A DNA stretch of 64,000 nucleotides from Tubiluchus corallicola. Its lineage: Eukaryota > Animalia > Priapulida. Below, piece by piece: positions 55,288-64,000 of the stretch. The stretch spans positions 17,654 to 81,653 of the forward strand of contig JAQGDQ010000906.1 of the NCBI GenBank assembly GCA_030141605.1, written 5' to 3'. A program made the translations under genes and the position numbers. Each line of letters opens with the position of its first letter. The first letter of the stretch is position 1. The notes under the pieces are model-generated. The model saw only the letters and a list, made by a program, of their open reading frames with translations. It was not told where the DNA came from and did not search any database.

Positions 55288-55797
55288 CAGGGATGAGAAT
55301 GACAAATTGCAAAAAACTCTGAAGCAGGCCGGGGGTTTTGGGGCCACCTAGGCCCCCATGGGGGTTTCAAGGGGAGCCAGCAATAAATTGCAATTTTGTG
55401 ACCATAGAGAGCCTCTAAGTGGACTTAAAATATCAATTACATTGTTTCGTGCATAATTTAAAATACCCAACTATCAAGGATACATGATACCTAATTGTCT
55501 CAAAAATGCCTAAGTACTGGCCGCTCCTATGCAAAAGTATATAAAAACTGTCTGCAATTGACTCAAATAACTCCGCATAATTGATTCTACATTTTCATAC
55601 ATAAAGATATACACGTGGTTACACTGATGTACGTGATGTAAACAAAGTGACGGCCTGCCAACTAGCGGCCAGCTTGTGAAATAATGTACTGGGTCCCTAG
55701 AAATTTTCTCAACGAATTTACGTGATTTACAAAAATGACTCTACTGGTCTTCCAAAAACTCGGAATTCCGCGTGTCCACGGAAAATTCTCATCCCTG
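55288..55797. mobile_element. hAT-type MITE family A, complete, with 8-bp TSD CGTTATAA
   Basis: Perfect TIRs CAGGGATGAGAAT and a perfect 8-bp TSD at 55280-55287 and 55798-55805. Confidence 0.9.
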
Positions 55798-55888
55798 CGT
55801 TATAATTCTTTAACGAAAATTTTCTGAGACTTGCTTTAACCAGGCCTTTTAATTTAACAATTTACAGCTCAGACGCCACGTTCCGTAC

Positions 55889-56025
55889 CTCAAATTCAAG
55901 CATCTTGTTCCACAGCTCTGTGCGTCTTCCGACGGCTTCGTACAACTCCTTCTGCGCCTCGTACTTCTCTTTCATCACTTTCACCTCTTTCTCGTGCTGC
56001 TCTAGTAACTCCTCCGTGAAATCGT
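55889..56025 (-). CDS. PRC1: PRC1 exon DDFTEELLEQHEKEV...LWNKMLEFE
   Basis: 137 nt, phase 1 to phase 0, bounded by AG and GT. TE.LL..HE.E motif. Confidence 0.93.
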
Positions 56026-56362
56026 CTGCAAATTACGACAGATTAATCCGTTAGTGAGCCTTTTCACAGCTCCAGCGATTGATGATGATCGTGAAAAGGT
56101 CAAAGCAAATGTAAATGCAATGCTAATGCAAATTGTGTACACTTGACAACGTCTCGCAGCCCATGCTGTTGTAATAGTAACGGTTTTAACAGCTAGAACT
56201 TTACCTAGTTCATTTTTCTTGTTTCCAAGCAAGATCCTGCTTGGTCTTCCAAAAACCCGGAATCCCCCGTATCCGCGGAAAATTCTCATCCCTGTAGTTA
56301 AAGATAATAACGCACATTGTAAGGTAAAAATACATGCTGAAGTGATAATAAATTACAATTAC

Positions 56363-56510
56363 CGCTGCAAAATGGTTCAAAAAGAGCCCTTTCGCTCTCC
56401 GATATGTAACACCTATCCCACCAGTTCTTCAACTCCGTTCTCATTTGTAGAATAAACTTTTCGATGTTTTCCTTCTTCAGTAATTCGCAGCGAGCAATCT
56501 CGTTTTGGAA
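56363..56510 (-). CDS. PRC1: PRC1 exon FQNEIARCELLKKENIEKFI...WWDRCYISESERALFEPFCS
   Basis: 148 nt, phase 0 to phase 1. W..C..S..ER..F motif of the MAP65/Ase1 family. Confidence 0.93.
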
Positions 56511-56531
56511 CTGCAAAATTCATAACAACTG

Positions 56532-57384
56532 CAAGCGAGCAAATAGAAAAGAAAAGAAAACGGAAAGACAATGATAATAACTGGATTCGAACTCACAACT
56601 TTCGTATTGTGAGACATTAGGCAAGCGAGCAAATAAAAAAATAAAAGGGAAAACAATGATAAACACTGGATTCGAACTCACAACTTTTGTATTCCGAGAC
56701 ATTAGGCAAGCGAGCAAATAAAAAAATAAAAGGGAAAACAATGAGAAACACTGGATTCGAACTCACAACTTTTGTATTCCGAGACATTAGGCAAGCGAGC
56801 AAATAAAAAAATAAAAGGGAAAACAATGAGAAACACTGGATTCGAACTCACAACTTTCGTATTGTGAGACATTAGGCAAGAGAGCAAATAAAAAATAAAA
56901 GGGAAAAACAATGATAAACACTGGATTCGAACTCACAACTTTTGTACTCCGAGACACTAGGCAAGCGAGCAAATAAAAAAGAAAAGGGAAAAACAATGAT
57001 AAACACTGGATTCGAACTCACAACTTTCATATTGTGAGACATTCGGCAAGCGACCAAATAAAAAAATAAAAGGGAAAAACAATGCAAACACTGGATTTGA
57101 ACTCACAACTTTCGTATTCCGAGACATTAGGCAAGCGAGCAAATAAAAAAGGAAAAACAATGATAAACACTGGATTCAAATTCACAACTTTCGTATTGTG
57201 AGACATTAGGCAAGCAAGCAAATAAAAAAGATAAGAAAAAAGGAAAAACAATGATAAACACTGGATTCGAACTCACAACTTTCATAGTGTGAGACATTAG
57301 GCAAGCGAGCAAATAAAAAAATAAAAGGGAAAACCAATGATAAACACTGGATTCGAACTCACAACTTTCGTATTGTGCGACATT
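56532..57384 (-). repeat. ~85-bp minisatellite, ~10 copies, each with a tRNA-derived B-box segment
   Basis: The minus-strand unit contains GTCTCACAATACGAAAGTTGTGAGTTCGAATCC. Confidence 0.92.
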
Positions 57385-57747
57385 GTACAGTTAAGGAGGA
57401 TACAAAATAAGATTCAGATTTTAGCATAATTAAGATTCTGCAAGTAGTAAAAATTACTGGAAATGAACTAGCTTTGAGAGTTATGCGAAGTTTTTGTAGA
57501 ACAGCTTAACAGCCGTGGGATTGGGGTTGCTTCGCAACAGGTAATACTAACCAGCCAATTAGCGTCTGAAGCCAGGTGCATTCCATAATTCTGTACTGTA
57601 TGTTATGTTCTCATGCAAAATCACTTGTAGATCGTTGATGAAACGTATGTTTAGTTTGATTGTTCTGCATTGTTATAAAGTGATTGCATATTATGGATTA
57701 GTGTTGTGTCTTTTGTGAAAATTGGCTTCTAACATGCTTATTTATGA

Positions 57748-57748
<1 letters not shown>

Positions 57749-57812
<64 letters not shown>
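57749..57812. repeat. (GT)n microsatellite
   Basis: Directly visible. Confidence 0.98.
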
Positions 57813-57814
<2 letters not shown>

Positions 57815-58185
57815 GCATGTATGTGCATGTGTGGAAATAAAACTACTATTTAATATTAGTAGGCCTTCTCATTAACCAACAACTGTTTGTTTGTTTACAA
57901 GATTCTGTTTTAGTAACACACCACAAGAAGTTATTGTCAAATGTGCAGAAGCCAATGCGGCCCAGTTGAAAAGCAACTGGACAGAAGAAAATCATTTTAA
58001 TTGCTCTAAATTTAAATTTACGTTGTTTGTCATCATACTTTTTTGAGTTTTGGATAGTGCTGCCACCTTCAAGTGTTCACAAGCAACTACGCAGTGAAAA
58101 AGTTAAAGGATAGATTGTTTTGACCTGCAGTTTAAGACTGGGTCCGGTTTCGCTTTGAACTCGATCTACGACTTCTTCAGCTTAC

Positions 58186-58335
58186 CGCTTTGATGACGCT
58201 CGGTCGATAGCCGACGTGTTCCGCGAGAAAAGCGTTTCGCTCTTCGTGATCCACCTGCAGCCGGTCCCACAGCGTGTCCGCAGCATCCCGAAGCTGTTCG
58301 CACAGCTCCATGTTCGTCTGTTGCTTCAGTTCAAG
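58186..58335 (-). CDS. PRC1: PRC1 exon LELKQQTNMELCEQLRDAADTLWDRLQVDHEERNAFLAEHVGYRPSVIKA
   Basis: 150 nt, TTTTAG acceptor and GTAAG donor, LWDRL motif. Not in the ORF track; read manually. Confidence 0.92.
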
Positions 58336-60106
58336 CTAAAACTGTGCAAGAACAATGCAGTCGAATTTACATTTTAAAAATTCTCCGCTTAACAATGTCC
58401 ACCATTGTCAAAAGGCCAGCACATTGTCTACAAACGTTCATTGTTCCACGTTCTACAAACAATGAAAGTTAAATAGCAGAAAAAAATTAATGTCGAAAAT
58501 GTTTAATTTCATTGCCATGAATGGTCGATTTTTATTCTTCGAAAATATTTTATCTGATTTTAACAATTTAATTGAACTTATTTAATTAACTTATTTAATT
58601 AGTTTAGTTTATTAGTTAGTTTATACATAGTTTATATCAGAAAACATGTTATCTGGTTTTAACAATTTAATTGAACTTATTTAAATAACTTATTTAATTA
58701 GTTTAGTTTATTAGTTAGTTTATACATAGTTTATATCAGAAAACATTTTATCTGGTTTTAACTTAATTGAACTTATTTAAATAACTTATTAACTTATTTA
58801 ATTTAAAAAGTTTGAATTTTTGTAAAAATAGGCCGGGAGAGCAAAACGTGGGCGACAGAATGCCTTGAAATCAATGACTTTCACATTTTTGATGCAAACA
58901 AGTACTGAATTGAGTTTAATTTTCTAAACGTATGTAAGTTTACTTTAATATCGAAAACGAGAACAAGTAATTAAAATATGCGCATAATTATTGATGAACA
59001 TTACATTTTAACAATGATGGTATTTACAATGATGATGTGACGATGTAACAAAAGTACTGAGTAATAAATTTATGTCTAATACAAAAAGACTAAACCTAGT
59101 TATTACACTGTGCCCATGGTCATCCTTGATAATGAGTAAAGGAGTAAAATAGCGATTGTTAGCACTAAATGACTACTGGCTAGCTAGGCCTTGCTATGTA
59201 CAGTAGGCGCTGCTTAATAGACTCAATCGCTTAATTGACTCTAAAATGCCTAGTACGGGTCGATTCTATTCAAATATATATAAAAACTGTTGGTAATTGA
59301 CTCAAATAACTCTGCATAGTTGACTCAATATTATCGCTTCACATGCTTCGATAACACACTTTTGTGTGACTATTAAGCTTTTATGACTTTTCTATCATCT
59401 TAGTTCGCTTTTTGTCCTATAATATACATAGAAACAATCATGTTAATTACCGTTCTGTTTGTAAGCAAGAACTCTAATAATGCTAGGCCTAATGGTTTCC
59501 TTTGACCCGCCGGTCCACTGCAATTGACCTCGTTGTCCAAGAATTCATGGAAACTAAACATTTAATCACTTGCTTAGCCGTTTGATTTTGAGCTGCCAGA
59601 AAGTTTAATGAGTTAGCAGTTGCTGTTATGCCAGGGATGCAGGTACAAAAACATTTGTGCGGTTGTTAAGTGTTTTGTAGAAATGCAACAAAAAACAATG
59701 GCTGACTTTAACAGTGATTTTCTCAAGATTATGTTTTTCAGTGTGCAGCCTGCACCTCAACTTCAACGTGAATTATCTCAGCTTAGAAATAACATTGAGC
59801 GTTGAACTTGGTATCAAAATGATTCTCATGAAATGGAGCTTCAGGACACGTGAATAACTAGAAAACCTTAATTGCTGATTTTCCTATGTAAGCACACACA
59901 AACGAACCTCAACTTCAACGTGGATTATCTCAGCTTAGAAATAACATAGAGTGATGAACTTGGTATCAAAACGATCCTCATGAAATGGGAGATTCAGGAT
60001 ACGTGAATAACTAGAAAAGCTTAATTTCCCACTTAAGGATTTTGCTATGCAAGCACACGTATGGTATTTCAAACGTTGTGCATTCTGCGTATGTTTTACT
60101 ACAAGG

Positions 60107-60465
60107 TTGTCATAATCAAACCTGTTACCTCTACCCATCCCGACAGCATGTTTTATCTACAAACTTTTACCTCTTCGTGCAGAGGCTTCAGTGCGGTCAG
60201 GTTTTCTTTGGACAGTACTACAAGCTTGTCATAATCAAACCTGTTACCTCTACCCATCCTGACAGCATGTTTTATCTACAAACTTTTACCTCGTCGTGCA
60301 GAGGCTTCAGTGCGGTCAGGTTTTCTTTGGACAGTACTATAAGTTTGTCATAATCAAACCTGTTACCTCTACCCATCCCGACAGCATGTTTTATCTACAA
60401 ATTATCAAGATTTTTACCTCTTCGTGCAGAAGCTTCAATGCGGTCAGGTTTTCTTTGGACAGTAC
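60107..60465. repeat. 119-bp tandem repeat, 3 copies, spanning a PRC1 splice donor
   Basis: Units start at 60107, 60226 and 60345. Each contains TTTTACCTC.TCGTGCAGA.GCTTCA.TGCGGTCAGGTTTTCTTTGGACAGTAC. Confidence 0.95.
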
Positions 60466-60588
60466 AAACGTATCGTCCTCCTCGCAAATGAGGTCGCGCT
60501 CAAACGAAGTGTTGGGGGACATCTCCAGAGCGGTCATCAAATCGCATACTTTCTCTTTGTGACTAATGAACGTACCAAATCGTGCTTT
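60418..60588 (-). CDS. PRC1: PRC1 exon KARFGTF...TSFERDLICEEDDTFVLSKENL...LHEE
   Basis: 171 nt, TTTTGCAG acceptor and GTAAAA donor. Matches the PRC1 motif P.TSFERD..CE....F.LS.EN. Confidence 0.93.
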
Positions 60589-62336
60589 CTGCAAAACGAA
60601 AAACGGTCGGTAAAAGAACGAGAACATTTCTGTGTCGGCACAAAACCTTAAACTATTACTAGATTTAAAAAAATGCTAAAAAATCTAATTTTGAGTAAGT
60701 ATCAGTGAGTAATCAAAACTTCTATCAGTATCCATCCTCACAGTGGTGTTAGCTTAATCAAGTTATCTTAATTTTACATACTATTAACAAATAATAGTCT
60801 TTCTATCTTTTATAACATCTCATATACGAGCTTCATTCATTACATCATTCCATTTTAAGCACTAAATGTTTTTTATCACACGATTCACTTTAAATTTTCA
60901 GATTATTTCCATTACTTTTTTTTCTATCACTGTGTGGGACAATCTAACAAGCCCTGCTTTTTGATTGCCCGCAACACATTTACCTTCGTGTATAGGTGAA
61001 CAGTGTTTGAGGCTTTTCCTGTGCAGTATTTCTTATTTGTATTATATCCATTGTAGGCCCTTTCACTAGATATTGTACATGAAACTATTGTAAATGTGTA
61101 ATGCGAAATAAATGACTTATGACTAACTTTAGTTTCTTCAGAGAGGCGAGACTCTCAAAATTTTAGGTCTCCGGCACTTCTCCAATTTTGACGTTTTGCG
61201 TAAAAATAATTGAACATCATATGTTAGCTGTAGTACTAAGCCCTTTTACCCTCCAGTGATTGATGGTGATCATGGAAAGGTCAAAGGTTAAGTGTTGTTT
61301 ACGCTTTCAAAACCAAATTCGAATCTCGATTAAATTTTGCTTTTTCTTTGCTCTTTATTTGCCAAAACATGTCATTCCATCTAAACATAAGAAATTAGCG
61401 CCAAAAAATAATAAATAAAAAAAAATAACAATAGCCGAAAGTCATTTTTACATAATTAAGAGTTATACACTGCACTGTCGTACTAATTAATACCTAGCTG
61501 TTAATTTAAACTAAATTTAAGTTTATTAAAGTAATTAGAGAATATACATACGTTATTAGCCCCAAATCATGAGCAATTGTAAACAGATAACGACAATATC
61601 TTATTAACTTATCATGACACGTCTTCACTTCACAGTAGGCCTCTGACCCAGATCAAATTGATCACGTGATTAGGCCTAAAATCACCACAAGGTGGCCAAA
61701 GCCGAAAACAAGCGAGGGAAGCCAAGTAATACGGTCAATATCAGGTATAAGATACTTGCTTATCAGGGACCACTAACACCAATCCCGATTTTTCGTAGCG
61801 TTTTTCCTTATAAAAGTCTTCGCATATAAGGTACTCGGATATAAGGGACTTTTGGTTATAAGGGACGATATCTTCAGATCCCGCGTAATAGAAACGACAG
61901 GTGAATTACCTCGCATATATTACCACATGATCAAATATATCAAAACTTGTTTCCAACGACCTACGATTAAAATGGCTGCGCCTAACAGACATCGCGGGAG
62001 TTTAAATTTACACGTTTTATACAGCGTTATTGCCAACGCAAGTCTAATATGCAAAAAGGCAATATGCAACTGGTATAAAATTTCAAGACACAATTTTCAA
62101 GCTTTATGTAAGTGGAGGTTTTACTGCCGACGCATGCCGTGCATGCAAAAAGACAATAAGCGGTATAAAATTTCAAGTCGGATTCTCAAGCTTCATGAAA
62201 GTGGAGGTTTTACTACCGACGCAAGCCCTGCATGCAAAAAGACAATAAGTAAGTGGTATCAAATTTCAAGACGGATTTTTTAAGCTTTATGCAAGGTTTT
62301 CATGTGCATTAAGTGACAAATACTGATGCAATACTG

Positions 62337-62377
<41 letters not shown>

Positions 62378-63034
62378 ACACACACACACACTCACACACA
62401 CATATATATATATATATATATTGACGCGAAGCTCACTTGAAGCCAGCAACAAATTGCAAGCGTATAGGAAAAATCATCCTGTTTTCCTGTGTGCGTGAAT
62501 AATCAGGGATGAGAACCAGGAACAAATTGCAATTTTGTGACGATAGAGAACCTCTAAGTGGACTTAAAATATCAGTTACCTTGTTTCATGCATAATTTAA
62601 AATACCCAACTATCAAGGATACATGATACCTAATTGTCTCAAAAACGCCTCAGTACTGGCCGCTCCTATGCAAAAGTATATAAAAACTGTCTGCATTTGA
62701 CTCAAATAACTCTGCACAATTGATTCTATATTTTTATATATAGAGATATACAAGTGATTACACTGATGCATGTGATGTAAACAAAGTGACGGCCTGCCAA
62801 CTAGCGGTTATGAAATAATGTACTGGGTCCATAAAAATTTTCTCAACAAATTATACATATATAACCTTCCACTTACATAAAGCTTATAAAATCCGACTTG
62901 AATTTTTATACCACTTATTGTCTTTTTGCATACAGGGCTTGCATCGGTAGTAAAGCCCTTCACTTACGTACTGTTTTTTTGCATACAGAACTTTGCATCG
63001 AAAGTAAAACTAAAAGTAATATTCATATATTTAC

Positions 63035-63271
63035 CTTCTCAGCAGTTAATTTGTCTATATGATCCTGTATATCCTTCAACTCCTCCGAACTCGGCACGGT
63101 CGTAGAGGAAATGTAAAAGGGGGTCTCGCAGAGAATCTCGCACAGCTGCTGGTCCTCCGTGCGCAACTCCTTGGCTCTCTTCAGACGGTCGTGCTTCCGG
63201 CGGCTGAGCTCGTCCACCTGCGTGCGGAGTTCTTTCTCCGTTTCCAGCAGTGACAGAGCCGCGTTGCTCGG
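63035..63271 (-). CDS. PRC1: Protein regulator of cytokinesis 1, internal exon PSNAALSLL...DKLTAEK; upstream exons lie outside the window
   Basis: 237 nt, bounded by AG and GT. EKELRTQV..LCEILC..VPS.EEL matches the PRC1 N-terminal rod. Confidence 0.93.
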
Positions 63272-63401
63272 CTGAAAGGTCGGACAAGGATTAAACATAA
63301 AAAAGAAACGAAAGACGTGAAATTTCTGTGAAGTTATGATTGGACGGGTCAAAGGAAAGCATTAGGCCTTGCATATTATCATATGATAAACAAAATGGAT
63401 A

Positions 63402-63856
63402 CAGTGGACTCTCGTTATAAGCATCACCTCGGGAGAAGGCAAAGTGATTCTTATAACGAGCGATTCTTATAATGAGCATGACACAGAATTGCTTTAAAAA
63501 ATTTTTATGCACATAAAAATTATTTATTTCCCGAAATTACGCTAGAAACGACATGAAACAGCATGTTTTTCTGGCCTAAAAAGGACCTAAAAATTCCTAG
63601 ACTAATGTTTTTATTTCATGGTTGGGTAAATATTTCATGATGCCAGAATTGCTTTAAAAATTTTCGCCATGCCCACTGCGCAGAACGTTGTAAGCAGGGC
63701 GTGAGAGACAATGGAGTTGGCGCCAAAATTGATTCTACTATCGAAAGAAGGGTGATTCTTATACGAGCGGATTTTCACTAGGAAAATGCAGATTCAATTC
63801 GGGAAACGCGATTTTGATTCTTATATCGAGCTGATTCTTGTAACGAGAGTCCACTG
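63402..63856. mobile_element. Tc1/mariner-pogo (Tigger-like) MITE
   Basis: TA|CAGTGGACTCTCGTTATAAG...CTTGTAACGAGAGTCCACTG|TA. Confidence 0.88.
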
Positions 63857-64000
63857 TATTAGCGTACGATAAACAAAACGGATACATAAATCCATAAATG
63901 AATAAATTAATTTATAAAGGCTTTTATGAAGTTCGATAGGAACATGATTTTTAGAAATTCTTAGTTATTCTACAGGTAAGAATGAGATTCAGAAAGTTAT

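Noticed and set aside
56532-57384. Tandem tRNA gene cluster
   Set aside because: The units contain only an anticodon/T-arm-like half, with no acceptor stem, D-arm or A-box.
61852-62283. 143-aa plus-strand ORF
   Set aside because: Non-ATG start, lies antisense in a PRC1 intron over repeat-derived sequence, and shows no recognisable motif.

Overview
Repeat-rich, AT-rich animal genomic DNA. The 5S rRNA sequence looks lophotrochozoan (mollusc-like), which is a tentative call. The right third holds 10 downstream coding exons of a PRC1 (MAP65/Ase1) gene on the minus strand; its 5' exons lie beyond the window. The left two-thirds hold an unusual accessory cluster of two inverted, head-to-head DUF4419-domain paralogs. 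The minus-strand copy can be assembled from three phase-compatible exons (31319-31199, 5165-5109, 2616-1373) into a 473-aa type II membrane protein. Its ~26-kb first intron contains, on the opposite strand, a tandem pair of single-exon BTB-BACK genes with a hypervariable MATH-like C-terminus and an excess of amino-acid-changing differences. The same intron holds a solitary 5S rRNA gene and a Helitron triplet. The window also has a 5S-headed bipartite RTE-derived SINE-like element, many hAT, pogo, piggyBac, Kolobok and CMC-type non-autonomous DNA elements, LINE 3' remnants, minisatellites and microsatellites. Two minisatellites duplicate PRC1 splice sites and one is tRNA-derived. All calls are by eye; no database search was run.
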